A DNA stretch of 64,000 nt from Marsupella aquatica (lineage: Eukaryota; Plantae; Marchantiophyta). The stretch covers positions 7,423,251 through 7,487,250 of the forward strand of contig OZ316892.1 in NCBI GenBank assembly GCA_973895155.1, read 5' to 3'. Positions within the stretch are counted from its first letter, which is position 1. Each line of letters begins with the position of its first letter. Shown piece after piece: positions 14,478 through 27,469 of the stretch. Under the pieces are notes generated by a model. That model saw only the letters and a list, made by a program, of their open reading frames with translations, searched no databases and was not told the origin of the DNA. The position numbers and the translations under genes are program-made.

Positions 14478-15120
14478 GTCATGTCGGCCAACATGCCATT
14501 GAGAAAAAATGATGTAGTGTCAGCCAAGAGGTCGTGGAGAAAAAAGATGTAGTGTTGCCTAGGAGGTCGTGGAGAGAAAGATGTCGTGTTGCCCAAGAGG
14601 TTGTGGAGAGAAAAGATGTCATGTTGCCCAAGAGGTCGTTGAGAGAAACGATGTCGTGTCGCCCAAGAGGTCGTTGAGAGTAAAGATGTCGTGTCGCCCA
14701 AGAGGTCATTGAGAGAAAAGAAGTTGTGTTGGTCAAGATGTCGTTGAGAAAAAAAGATATTGTATTGGCCAAGAGGTCATTGAAAGAAAATATGTAGTGT
14801 CAACCAAGAGGTCGTGGAGAAAAAATTTGTCTTGTCGCCCAAGAGGTCATTGAGAAAAAAAGATGTTGTGTCGGCCAAGAAGATGTTGAGAAAAAAAGAT
14901 GTTGTGTTAGCCAAGAGATCATTGAGCAAAAAAATGTCATGTCGGCCAAGGAGTCGTTGAGAAAAAAGACGTTGTGTCAGCCAAGATGTCGTTGAGAAAA
15001 AATTGTCATGTTGGCGAAGATGTTGTTGAGAAAAAAATGTTGTGTCGACCAAGACATTGCTCACGGAAAATACCCATGCGTTGCACAAAAGATGTTGTTA
15101 AGAAATAAGATGTCGTGTTT
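14478..15120. repeat. Minisatellite, about 33-34 bp unit, roughly 18-19 copies
   Basis: Consensus approximately 'gccaagaggtcgttgagaaaaaagatgtcgtgtc'. It accounts for the spurious repetitive ORFs at 14417-15088. Confidence 0.9.
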
Positions 15121-16199
15121 AAATCAAGGAAACTAAGAAGGAGTGAGTCTTTTTCTTTGTTTTGTTTTTTTACCCAAAATGCCCATGCATTTGAATGGCG
15201 ACCACTATAAATTGGAGCAACGCTATATTATCGGTTTCAGGTTTAGTGTTTTATGGTTTAGCAAAGATGACCATTCTCTCGATATCCTTTCAATCCCCGT
15301 GCGTTGCATAATAGATGTTGTTTGGTTAAAGATGTTGTTGAGAAATAGATCGTACGTGGTGCAAAAGATAATCGTTGAATAAAAATAATAATTGTTAAAA
15401 TACATTATTACGCAAAAACTTTTGTTGAGTGAAAAATATCATTATGCAAAATAGAAATTGGGGTCCATGCAAGATAACTAAAAATTAAATAACTTCCAAA
15501 GAGTTAAATCTCCTTTTTAAGAGCAAAAGCCAAAATAATATAATGTCAACCTACTCTCTTCCCCTTAGTGCTCGCTCCCTACCAAAACCATTATCTCAAG
15601 TAAATCTTTTCACTTTCATGCCCCATGCCAAATGTACTCTAAATTTAATAGACCATAAAATAATTAAATAATATACTTACACTTTAATGCTCCATGCCAA
15701 AAAGTATTATACGCAAGTTACAAAATAACTACAGTAACACATGCAAGTACTTTATGACATATTATATTTACCTTGTCTACCTTGTACTATAACTTACATA
15801 TCTATCTTGTACTATAACTTACAGCCAATTTTAGGTTCCCATCTCACTCAATTCAAGAGCCATAAATAATTCTAGAAAATATCTTATGGCTTAGCTTTGT
15901 TCCCTCCTTTTTCATTTTTGTAATGGGATAAAGGACTAAAACTGGCGAGATTTGTTATTATAGTAGTAGATGTCTATTTTAACTTATTCAAAATTAAAGT
16001 CACACATATAACTGGCCCATTATATCATATGTTTATTTTAATTTATTAAAAATTAAAGAAATTTAGAGTTATCTCATGCATCTAGAAAGTAATTTACTAT
16101 GTTGCTATTGTAAAGTGTGCTTGAATTAAATCAATTGTTTAAAATACTTGGTGAGAGATAAAATGAATGAAGTGGGAGAGTAATTTGTTGAACTATGAA

Positions 16200-17503
16200 G
16201 TCGTTCTTTAAAATATGATCATGACTCATCCAACGTACACCTAAGTCCCTAACTGTGGTTAGTCACAAGACTAAGAGCAATTTTTAACAAACTTTTCCTT
16301 GACTTTTAAGTACTACAATTTCTACTATCCATATGAAATACTCAATGAGAAATTCTAGACAATCACCTAAAACCATAGGTGTCTCCCTAAAAACCATTTA
16401 AGGTTAACAAAGGGTTAACTAGAATTAAGTTGTAGACATAATAGAATTGAATAATTCATATACAAAAATTATATATGGTTAAGTTACTCTACTAGTACTG
16501 CAAATGCAAAACTTGCAAAGTAGCACGATGTCTTGAGTAACTCTTCAAAAGAATCACTTTAGTAAAGTATCAGTTGGGTTGAGCTTTCCATCAATCTTGA
16601 CTAGCTCAAACATCTTATCAAACACTGTTTGCCTAATAAAATGGTATCTGATATCTATGTGTTTCACCCTACTATCCATGATCTGGTTAATAGCTAGGTG
16701 AAACGCACTTTGGCTGTCACAATGAAGAGTCATTTTTCCATGCTCCAATCTCATCTCAGTGACCAACCTATCCAACCAAATTGTCTCATTTGTTGCTTCT
16801 ACTACTACAACATATTTTGTTTTTGTAGTAGATTGAGATACACATTTCTACAAGGTAGACCTCCAACTTATGCATCCTCCTCCAAGAGTAAATACATACC
16901 CAATCGTTGACCTCCTTGTTGCCAAACAACCTTCGTAGTCAGAATCTACATAGTCAACCAAAGATTTAGTTTGGTTGATCTACTATCAAACAATAGACCA
17001 TTGTGCCTTAAGGTATCTGAGAATCCACTTCACAACCTCCCAGTATATCTTCTTTGGATTTGATATGAATCTATTCACTTTGCCCATTGCTAGGGTTAGA
17101 TCAAGTCTGGTAGACGTCATCAAAATACATTAGACTATCCATTGCCTTCTCATGAAAAACCTTAGTCATCAAGCCTCTCTCCACTGGATCCGTGGGGCAA
17201 AAAACTGATGAGAACTTGAAGTATGGAACCAAAGGAATATTTACTGGTTTACAATTCTCCTTTTTAGCATATTTGTCTTGATTCAGTCACAACTGTCGAG
17301 TCTCAAAGTTTCTTGTAATCTCCATTCCTAAGATCCTTCATTCAAAATTTAGAACTCAATTTTTCTTTTGAGTTCTTGAAATTGATCCTTAGCCACAATA
17401 AACATGTCATCCCCATAAAGCACTAGAATAAGTAAACCAAACACATTATTTTTGACCAATTTTGTATACACACAAGGATCATACATCATTCTAGTAAATC
17501 CGT
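16200..17503 (-). mobile_element. Degenerate Ty1/Copia element A, 3' part (RT/RNase H remnant, PPT, start of 3' LTR)
   Basis: ORF 16554-16775 'LHCDSQSAFHLA...RVKHIDIRYHFIR' is Copia RNase H. A PPT-like aaggaaaag is followed by TGTTAAAAATTGCTCTTAG at 16289. The element is interrupted at 17503 by element B. Confidence 0.85.
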
Positions 17504-17867
17504 TGTTGGGATATGATCTAGACCAAATGAGACAGCGTCAACACATGTGAACAACATCCATAGACTCCGACACTGAAAGTACGTAGTTCACCCCGTTTGG
17601 GCTACGTCCATGGTCGTGAGAGAAATCCAATAATACACACCGATCACATCCGCCATAGCCAATGTGCTAGAGCTCCTCCTCTCACTCTCTTACTCTGTCT
17701 CTTAAAGAGTGAACCTTCAAATGTGAGCACAAGTTTGTGTTCCCCTTGAGTATACCCCCTCCCATGGTCTATGGGAACCTGGAACTCAAACTAGTGCTAT
17801 CCTAGTATAGTGAAGTCTAGCTAGTACTATAGAAGTATATAGGTTATACTAGAGGCATAACCTAACA
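17504..17867 (-). repeat. 3' LTR of Copia element B (364 bp)
   Basis: TGTT...AACA termini, with the PPT immediately internal at about 17870-17878. Confidence 0.8.
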
Positions 17868-20800
17868 AACTCCCCCTTAACTCTAGTCCTCAGATAACTA
17901 CCTGGTAGTGTTACTTCTAACTATCCGTATGAATCTCCTCGGGAAGTTCTAGAAGGTAAAACCAATGAGTTTTCCCTCTATACCGGAGAGTTAACTATAA
18001 TTAAACCGTAGCTGACAAAGAGTCAGATAGAGCAGACATACTTAGAAATAAACTACCTACCTAGTACTAGCTCTTGTTACCCATATGTATCTCCTCGGGA
18101 AATTCTAGACAGAAAACCTGAGAGAAAACCTATGTTCCCCCCTTCTCCATGAGGGTTAACTAGAATTAGACCGTAGCCGATACATACCGGATAGAGAATA
18201 CATACAAGAAAAACTAACCCTAAGCATCCTTGTGCAAAATTTGAAGCCTTGCACAATGCTCCGTGAAATTAGCCAAAGAAATGACTTTGGTTAACATATC
18301 AACAGGATTTAGTTTTCCATCAATCTTGATTAACTCAATCTCTTTCTCAGCAACAACTTGCCTGAGAAAATGATACTTGATATCAATGTGCTTTACCCTG
18401 CCATGCGTTACTTGGTTTGCCGCAATATGTATAGCACTCTTGCTATCACAATGAAGATCCACCTGTTCTTGTAGAATCCCCAAATCATGAGCCAACTTCC
18501 CCAACCAAATAGCCTCATTTGCTGCCTCTGCTGTTGCTACATACTCAGCTTCAGTAGATGACTGAGATATGCACTTCTGCTTCATGGATCTCCAAATTAT
18601 ACATCCTCTTGCCAACGTGAAAGAATACCATATAGTAGACTTTCGCTGATCCAAATCACCACCGTAGTCTAAATCCACATCTCCAACAAGAGACATCGCA
18701 TTGTTTGAATGTGCATCAAACAACAAACCAACCTTAGATGTGTCGTGTAAGTACCTTAGAATCCATTTGATTGCTTTCCAATGTACCTTCCCTGGGTTAA
18801 CCATGTACCTACTCACCACACCCACAACATGCGATATGTCTGGTCGAGTACTAACCATAAGATACATCAAACTGCCCACTGCACTGCGTAGGGAACCTTA
18901 GACATCAACCCCTTTTCAATTGCATTTGTGAAACAAGATGCGGCCAAAAGCTTGAAATGTGTTGCCAGAGGAGTAGTTACAGCCTTAGCACTTGCCATGT
19001 TGAACTTAGCAAGTACCTTCTTCGTATACTTACTCTATGTCAGCCACAATTTCCTCTTCTTTCTGTCTCTATGAATCTCCATCCCAAGTATACGTCTGGT
19101 TGATCATAAATCCTTCATACTAAACTCTGAGCTCAACTGAGTCTTGAGTTTAATAATCTCTGTCATATCCTTGGCAAAAATGAGCATATCATCCACATAA
19201 AGGACTAGAACAATGAAACCAAACACTGCATTGCTCACCTTCTTCATGTAGACACAACAGTCATATTCACTCTCAACAAAACCCAATGACAACATAAAGG
19301 TATAGAACCTCTTGTTTCACTGCCTTGGACTTTGTTTCAGACCATAAAGCGACTTCAACAGCTTACACACCAAATGCTCCCTACCCTTAGCCACAAATCC
19401 TTGTGGCTGCCTCATGATCCATGAATATCAATTCATCTAGTAGTCCATACAAAAAAGCTGTGACTACATCCATCTGCTCCATGCACAGATCAAATAGAAC
19501 AACCAATGCCATAATCAAACGCAAATTAGCCATCGCTACTACTGGAGAGAAGACCCCATTATAGTCCACACCCTTCCTTTGGGTGAATCCCTTGGCCACA
19601 AGCCTGGCCTTGTAGATCTTCTCTGCATGTTCAGAAGCGTCATCCTTCTTCTTGAACACCCACTTGCTATCAATGACCTGTTTACCTTCAGAAAGCTCAA
19701 CCAACTCCCAAGTCTTGTTCTTATGCAGTGACTGCATCTCTATTTGCATGGCAGCACTCCATTGTGCTTTATCCATAGAAGACATGGCTTCATCATATGT
19801 AGATGGATCACCATCTTCTGTAAGCATAACGGCTCCAGAATTATCAATATCATCATCACTATCCAACTGGTCTGAGAAAAACCATGTACCATACCTTTTT
19901 GGAGCTTGAACTGGTCGTGAAGATGACCGCCTAGATGACTCACCCACACCAGGAGCAACTAATTCTCCACTAACTATAGCTGCTGGTACTGGTGCCAATG
20001 GTACCGTCGGCGCTGGTGTTGGTCCATGAGCATACTCATGCTCAATCTCCCCCTCAATCATGTCAGCATCAGGAGTATATGACATTTCTTCCCCCTCCTT
20101 CAATGATGGACCTTCATTGAAGGAAATATCCCTGCTGACTACCAACTTTTGTGCCTCTAGGTCCCAAAGACGATACCCTTTTACTCCCTTCTGGTAGCCA
20201 AAAAACACACATTTCACAAACTTTGGGTCAAGCTTATTTCGTGAAACTGGAGGCAACAATGCATATGCCTCACATCCAAACACACGCAACCTCGTGTAAT
20301 CTACAGGTCTCTTGTGCCACATCTCAAACGGAGTCTTAAGTTCAATACTGCTAATTGGAGACAATGTTAGTAGGTAAGCTACTGTGTTGATAGCTTCAGC
20401 CAAATCTTTGATAGACCTGCTTGGCTCAACATACTTCTGTACCTCTCCAATAGTGTCTTGTTCAGCCTCTCAGAAACACCATTCTGGTGAGGAGTATATG
20501 CATTGGTCAAATGTTGGGTAATGCCTTCATGTTCTAAATAGAGATGAAACTCATTAGAGATATACTCATCTCCATTGTCGGAACGAAGAAATTTCACTTT
20601 CTTCCCTAGTTGTGTCTCAACCTGCATCTTCCACTTCTTGAAGATTGAGAACACCTCAGACTTCTCATGCATAAAGTACACCCAGATCATCCTCAAATAA
20701 TCATCAATAAAAGATACGTAATACTTCATTCCTGACATTGAGAGCTCAGGTGATTCTCACACATCAGAATGAATATAATCCAAAATATCTTTAGAGGTAT

Positions 20801-22860
20801 GACTGGCTGTTGAAAAACTTACACGATGCTGCTTACCAAGGACATAGTGCTGACAAAACCCCAACTTGCACAATTTTGCACTTGGCAAGAGATTCTGTTT
20901 GCACAACACATTCAGCCCTTTCTCACTCATGTGACCCAACCGTGCATGCCACAATCGTGTCTGATCCACCTCTGATGAAATTGCATTGGCACTACCAAGA
21001 ATTGTGGTGCCTATCAGGATATATAGATTACCCTGTTTCCTACCTTCCATCACCGCTAGAGGACCATGTGTGACCCTCAAAACTCCATTGGTTGTATTCC
21101 ATTGATAACCAGATGTGTCCAATGCTCCCAAAGAGATCAAATTCCGCTTCAAATCTGGAATGTGACAAACATTTGTCAACGTACGCACAACTCCATCAAA
21201 CATTTGAATGCGCATTGTACCTATATCAATGACTTGACAGAGTTGATCATTCCCCATCAAGATATTTCCTGATTTTGGCTCATAGGTGCAGAAGACCTCC
21301 TTGTCATGGCACATATGAAAGAAACATGTAGAATCTAAAATCCAGTCCGATTCCCCACCCTGGGAACCGGTACATAAGGCAAAACTAGCATCATCATTAG
21401 AAGTAACAAAACTCGCCTGACTTTGAATCCTACCACCACTCCTGCAATTCCTCTTAATGTGGCCCTTCTGACCACATTTCCAGCACTCAGCACCCTTCGA
21501 GTCACGTGACTTCGATCTAGCCTTGGTTTTACTAAAGGAGCCTGTAAAACGCTCTCGTGACATGCCCCTGATAACTGCTAGTGCTGATCCAGATGAAGAA
21601 GCTGTGTATCTTTTTTCGCATTTTGTTTGACAGCAGAGTGTTCATTGTCTCATCATAGGTCAACGTTTTCTTGCCATACAAGATTGTCTGGACCAGGTTC
21701 TCATATGAGCGTGGCAAGGAAGTAAGCAAATGAAGGGTCTTCTTCTCATCCTCCACCTTCTCATTGAGACTCGCCAACTCTGCAATGATTAAATTAAAAC
21801 CATCAATATGTTCGTGCATAGTTTCACCTTCAGCCATCTTGAAGTTCATTAACTTCAAGCTCGTGTATAGTCAATTTGTCAATGACTTCTTCTCATACAT
21901 CAGCTTTGGTCGATCCCACAGCTTTGTAATTGTGTCCTCCTTCATAACCTGAAGTAAAACTTCAGGTGCCAAGTGGAGCCTAATCAAACTTAGAGCACGA
22001 TTGCCAATGTCTTTCCACTCCTCATCGGTCATGGAGGATGGCTTGGTGCTTAATGCTAAACCCAAGCCATGGGAAACAAGAACGTCCTTCATTTGTACTT
22101 TCCATAACGTGAAGTTATTGCGCTCGATGAATTTCTCCACTTCATACTTTGCACTGGTCACCTTTCGGGATGCCATGACAATGTCCCCTACTCTTACATG
22201 CAATGTATTCAATGTAAGCTACCAAGGTACTTGTAAGGCTGCCAAACCGTATCGGACCCTCCAAGCAGCCTCACCCAAAAAATCACCAAAAAATGAAAGG
22301 GATCTAAATCAATAACTGACTTCACCTTCCTGTAGCCTGGAAGATAACCTTTTCAGAACACCAAACAACTTTGCAACCGGACACTCGAGCCGAGAGTTAT
22401 TAACTGCTGATGGCAAGGGGGTCAAAATGTCATTTCAGACCCCCTCAAGGAATTTTTTAATAAAAAATTCCACGCACCTTCGTTTCCTAAACCGATTTTT
22501 CAGACCCTTCCCTAACTCCCCCGGGAGCACACCTGCAAAAAATCTCGGAAAACAGAACCCGTTTGCCTTGCCGAATTGCTAATTTACCATTGAATTTTAA
22601 CATTCTAGAAATTGAGAATAAAAATACAGGAGGCGTTTGGCCCTGCGTAGGGGGCGAAATGCCCTGTGGCACTTGCCACAAATAGGACAACACCTGTTTG
22701 CGTCACGCCTCACCACCCCAAGCGCCCTGCCGCTCCCCCTTCCGCCCTGTCACCCTTCTCGTACTCGGCCAAACGCCCTTCCCGCGCCTTGCCACGCGGC
22801 CAAAGTCAAACCCGCCTTGACTGCCCGTATCTCGGCCGTCCGATGTACGATCGATCTATA
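17504..22860 (-). mobile_element. Ty1/Copia element B: gag-protease-integrase-RT-RNase H with frameshifts; 3' LTR 17504-17867; 5' LTR disrupted
   Basis: Motifs in Copia order: gag 'KYEVEKF..RNNFTLWK', zinc knuckle 'CWKCGQKGHIKRNC', protease 'WILDS', 'LWHARLGHMS', rve 'LRSDNGDEY...QNGVSER', RT 'YKARLVAKGF/YVDDML', RNase H 'KHIDIKYHF'. The PPT AAGGGGGAG lies next to a TG...CA LTR. Confidence 0.93.
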
Positions 22861-22958
22861 ATTTATATGGTTGGAACAAGCGCAACGAGATCTTTCCAAC
22901 AAGCCTATGGGCAACCCAAGATCATGACTATCAACAATCGACCTAAATTTATATCATC

Positions 22959-25324
22959 TATTAAGGATTGCTCTTAGTCTTGTGACTCAAAGGTTACGGC
23001 ACTTAGGCTAACCACAGTTAGAGTCTTAGCTGAGGTTAGGTTAGTCGTGTGTGACCTTGTATATACCAGGGCTAGTGTAAGCCATTGGTGTGGTGTGCTT
23101 ACTCATTTGTAAAGGAGCAACTTGAGGAAGAGGGAGAAAATATGTGTTCATCTACTCTTGAAGTAAAACTTGAGTGTTCGTGTGGACGTAGCCTTGGAGA
23201 AGAGGTGAACCACGTAAAGATTGTATTGACTACGTGTGCATGGAATGACTCATGGTTGTATGGTCATTGCGAATGACGTCTTAGTTCAACAATTGGTATC
23301 AGAGCAAGCGTGGGAGGTGACATTGAGGTGATCAAAATTTTTGTGACGTGTTGGTAACGGTTTTTCTAGCGGTTAGAGTCGGTGGATTTCATGGAGTTCT
23401 GTCGCATGGAACTTGAAGGTGTTGGGCTTAACAGATAGATCGAGGCAAGGGCTTTCCGATGGTGCAAAGAAATCTCTGAACGGAGTTTGTGGTGTAGAGA
23501 AATTCATGTTTCCGTCGTTCTGGATTTTTTGTGATTCGTGTTCGACGGTTTTCTTCGACAGTTCTTTTGGGGGGGACCTGAGATTGTTTTTTGTACGGTG
23601 TGAGCTTGCGGTGCGTGAGACATTGCATACTATAGCTCAAATCGTAGATCAGGGAAAGCTGGTCATTTCGGTATTTGGTTTGTTGCTGAGGGTGAACCGA
23701 GTGCGGCACAACAAGCGAAAGAGACGTTTCTAAATTTTTTCATGGCTATGAAGACATAGTCTTGGCTGAAGCAGATTTCTCGATGTCACACTCGGCTCGG
23801 GGGAGAAACGAAAAGTGCAACGGCTCAACAGAGAGATCGTGGTGCGGTGGTCGTTTTGAGTCCGGGATTGGCACTTGACGCGGAGTGAAGGAGTCAAAAT
23901 GAGAAGTTTTTACTTTGCTGGAGTTGCGGATGGCGCCGGCGAAATTTAGAAACATTTCTCGTCGGTGACGTGCACTTTTCTTGTGTGAAACGGCGACATT
24001 TTTTAGTAAGTAACATGACAAATTTTTTTTAGGCAATATTGTGCGTTTGAAAGGGGTTTTAATCCCTTATGTGTATACATGTGCACCCCCTAGGCATACG
24101 ATAACCCCTGGGCGCGCATATAGCGTCGTATTTTTGCGCGTATATTGTGCCCCCTTCCCCCTCCTCCCCCCCTCCTTAAAGCCACATAGGGCCTTGTGCC
24201 TTGGACATCCCCCACCCTCCCCCCTTCGCTAGCCCTCCTCCCATCTCAGCATAGGGCCTTGTGCCCTGGACATCTCACCCCCCCTTCCCCCCTCATTCAA
24301 GCCACATAGGGCCTTGTGCCCTATTTATTAACTCCCTCCCCTCCCCCTTTTCTGCACGATTCCCCTCCACAATAGGACCTTGTGTAACAATTAAAGAGGG
24401 GGAGCTAGGCCAGGAGGGCACGCTGCCCTATGAGCCATTAAGGCAGAGCACCCCCCTCCCTCCCACCCCCATACGTATACGCACAGTACCCCCTCAATGT
24501 ACCCGTGTACAACTGGCGCTTAATACACTATATTTTTTGAAAAGGGATTCAACCCCCCCTTTAGGGCCATTTTCTTTTTTCTCCTCTTTCTCCCATTGAC
24601 TAGGCGGCATCCAGGGCCCAATGACCCAACGATTTAATCGCTTCGACAGGGGGAACGGCCCCCTGTGAGTCCTGCCGCAGTCCAAGGAATATTCCAAAAA
24701 AATAGAGAGCTATTTTTTGACCTTTAGTCAAAGATTCCAAGGTCCGAACGGTAACTTTTTGGATCTTTTTTGGCGAGGACGTAGCCACTGAAGCTAGCAA
24801 CGCGGTGCACCACTCAATTTGCATTTCCGACGACGGGTGGTACTTGGAATTTTTCTTATTCCCCGAGGTGGCCAAAACAGGGGAGAATTTTTGAGTTTTA
24901 CCCACCCCGACCGAAATGTGAAAAAGTTTTTCGTCAGAACTCGGTTTTAATTTTGGATTTCAGCGTTGGCTTGCTAGGTTGGTGGGCTAAGTGGCGGTGA
25001 CAAGTTTCAAGTTTTTTTGAAAGTTACAAAAAATGACATTTTTTTGTGATTTGGATTTGCGTCAACAAGAAGGAAGGTAAAAAACAACAAAAGCATATAG
25101 GGAGCAGCACAGCAATAACACTTGGAGAACGTTGGGAGGGCAATAATGGCATCCAAGTTTGGAGGTGTCAAGTTTGAGGTAGAAAAGTATGATGAGCACA
25201 CGGATTATTTGCTATGGGAGAAGCAGGTTAAGGGAATTCTTCATGCTATGGGCCTAGATTATCTCCTTTTGACTCGGGAGGAGTCTAGTAGTGAGGAGGA
25301 CATCCCGTTGAGGAAATGGAGGCT
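22959..25324 (+). mobile_element. Ty1/Copia element C, 5' part: LTR 22959-23291, PBS, long leader, truncated gag
   Basis: The LTR ends ...TTCAACA and is followed by PBS TGGTATCAGAGC (23294-23305, complementary to initiator tRNA-Met). Gag begins MASKFGGVKFEVEKYDEHTDYLLWEKQVK. The LTR start resembles the 3' LTR start of element A. Confidence 0.88.
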
Positions 25325-25401
25325 GGAACTCAAACTAATGCTATCCTAGTATAATGAAATCTAGCTAGTACTATGGAAGTATATAGGTTATATTAGAGGC
25401 A
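25325..25401 (-). repeat. Fragment of the Copia B LTR (probable remnant of its 5' LTR)
   Basis: 'ggaactcaaactaatgctatcctagtataatgaaatctagctagtactatggaagtatataggttatattagaggca' matches 17781-17857 with few mismatches. Confidence 0.8.
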
Positions 25402-26390
25402 AGACTGGCCTTCTAAATTACACACCACTGTATAATGGTCTCTCGAAGAGGCTGCGGAATCTGTAATGGAATTGTTTAATTGCACAATGATGTGCTATTT
25501 CATTGATCGGGCCCCGATGCTACCCACCTTCAAATTTTGGGTTAATAAAACTTTCGTGCAAGAGATGGACTAGTTGGTCACCCAGGTAAAATTTGTGGGA
25601 AAGAGCTTCTACATGGTGACTTTCAAATCACTTGAGCACCGGGATTTTGCGCTTGCTAATGCGTCATGGTTTTTGGAACGCAAATTTATTTTTACGTTCC
25701 CCTGAGACCCCTTCTTGACATCCGGAGCGACTCTTACACTATGATTTCGGTCTGGATTGAAATTCTTTTCCGAGCTTTGATTCTGGAGCCGTGCCGTCGC
25801 AAGCTTGCTGCCTCCCTTGGTGACATATTACATTATATTCAAGGTGATGACTTAAGCTCTTACCCACACAATCGTCCGTGCGTCTTATGGGACACTCAAC
25901 GTGAGGTCCCTCATAGCATTGAAGTTCAGATTCAATCTGGCCTTTCGATCTGGCAACCGGTTATCTTCAGATGGTGCAACTACTCAACTGGATGCTACGG
26001 GAATTATTGGTGCTGAGGGGCTACCTATTCCGGTGCAAATGACGAACACTAAACCCTATGAACTTTGTGTTCCTGATCCAACTCCTATTGCAAATCCTGA
26101 GGTCCCACCTTCTGCTCCTGGGATTATAACATGCGACCCCGCTTACATTAGTGAGAAGGGGCTTTGGACTGAAAACATTCTTGAGTTTAAGCATGACAGA
26201 TCATTTGCCCTCTCGGACCATGATCCTGTTCTCATTTCTTTTAGACTCACATCCATCCGCTCGGCTGCATCGGGTTGCAAAAGAGCTACCTACTTTAAGG
26301 CCAATCCTGCGATGCTCAGGGACACGAGTAATTTGGATTTGTTGGCTGCTGCTTGGCTGGGGGATTTCGATCCCCCTCTCGATCCTAAAT
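25402..26390 (+). mobile_element. L1-type LINE relic (ORF1-like RRM region and C-terminal end of the AP endonuclease)
   Basis: A decayed frame 'VKFVGKSFYMVTFKSLEHRDFALANASWFLERKFIF...' resembles plant L1 ORF1. 'ALSDHDPVLISF...YFKAN....D......W' is the endonuclease SDH motif with the usual downstream FKxN. Confidence 0.65.
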
Positions 26391-26614
26391 GAATTATCCA
26401 ATATATATTTAATATATAAATGATATTATAATTTGATATTTAGATGCTAATATTCATAATGATGAGATCCATAAACATTGATTATTATTTTAGAATAAGG
26501 AGAATGAGGGTCTCTCTCTCTTTCTCTCTCTCTCAAAGGCTCCTCAACCTATTGAGCTCCTTCTCCGTGGTTGTTTTGGTGTCATTAATGTGTCCAAGTG
26601 CTAGGAGCAGTCCA

Positions 26615-27376
26615 TCAATGACACTCACAATTTTTCAGTCCACCAATGACATCCTCACGCACTTTCACTTGATCTATCAACACCCACTTCACTCTAGGGG
26701 AGCTCTCACTGATCTCCACCTTCCCCGACTTGCTAGAGGAGCTCTCACTGATCTTCAGGTTGGCCAAACCTCTTGAAATTTCTCTAGGGACGGCGGCTGG
26801 CTGCTGACTGTGAACAAAGGTAACCACGACTTGCCACGATGTCTGGAAATAACTCACATACACATCCAAATCCAAAACTACCCCCAACTTTAAAAACAAG
26901 ATGTTAGCCTGGTTCTTTCTGTTCAACTGAGCAAAATCCCTTGCCCAGAGGGGCTTATTGCTTGTGCCAAGAATGTAAGTTGCTGGATGGAGGGTCAAGA
27001 CCTCCAAATGACCATTGTGGTCACACAATCCTAAGATCAGGCACCAAAATGGCATGTTCCACTTGCATTCCCCATCATGGATCTTATCTTCTTCGGATTC
27101 ACTTCTACAGTAATGTTTATCATCCGTGCAATACACACTGCAACCCTCATACCACAACTTGTCACTAATTTTTGGCTCTACTTTAGTAATCTCGGTTCGG
27201 ATTCGTCGAATTCCACCTTCCTCTTTCGACGCCTCTCGTGCGACCCTTGCAGCTTCGGCCTTTAACACCTTTATTGAGCAAGTCATCGAACACCCTAATT
27301 CTGTTAGGAAGAGAAGCAATAAGGGGCGCTCACCATTCAGAAGCAACTTCACATCGGAGTCATTCTTCACATTCAT
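26615..27376 (-). CDS. RPA70 C-terminal-like OB-fold/zinc-ribbon ORF (253 aa), probably Helitron cargo
   Basis: Intronless ORF with 'LWYEGC..YC...KHYC...C.W...FWCLILGLCDHNGHLEVLTLHPATYILG', resembling the RPA1 DBD-C pattern WYxAC..C...L.L.D.TG......A..ILG. Confidence 0.55.
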   Translation of the reverse strand: MNVKNDSDVKLLLNGERPLLLLFLTELGCSMTCSIKVLKAEAARVAREASKEEGGIRRIRTEITKVEPKISDKLWYEGCSVYCTDDKHYCRSESEEDKIHDGECKWNMPFWCLILGLCDHNGHLEVLTLHPATYILGTSNKPLWARDFAQLNRKNQANILFLKLGVVLDLDVYVSYFQTSWQVVVTFVHSQQPAAVPREISRGLANLKISESSSSKSGKVEISESSPRVKWVLIDQVKVREDVIGGLKNCECH

Positions 27377-27469
27377 AACTCATCATGGACTGCAGATAGT
27401 GTAGCTAGTTCAATAGAAATGAGAGCATCTTCCTTAGGTGCAGTACCACAAACTGACACTTAAAGTGGG

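Noticed and set aside
14478-15120. Regular 33-bp repeats as a CRISPR array
   Set aside because: The units are contiguous and degenerate with no unique spacers, there are no cas genes, and the context is eukaryotic. It is a minisatellite.
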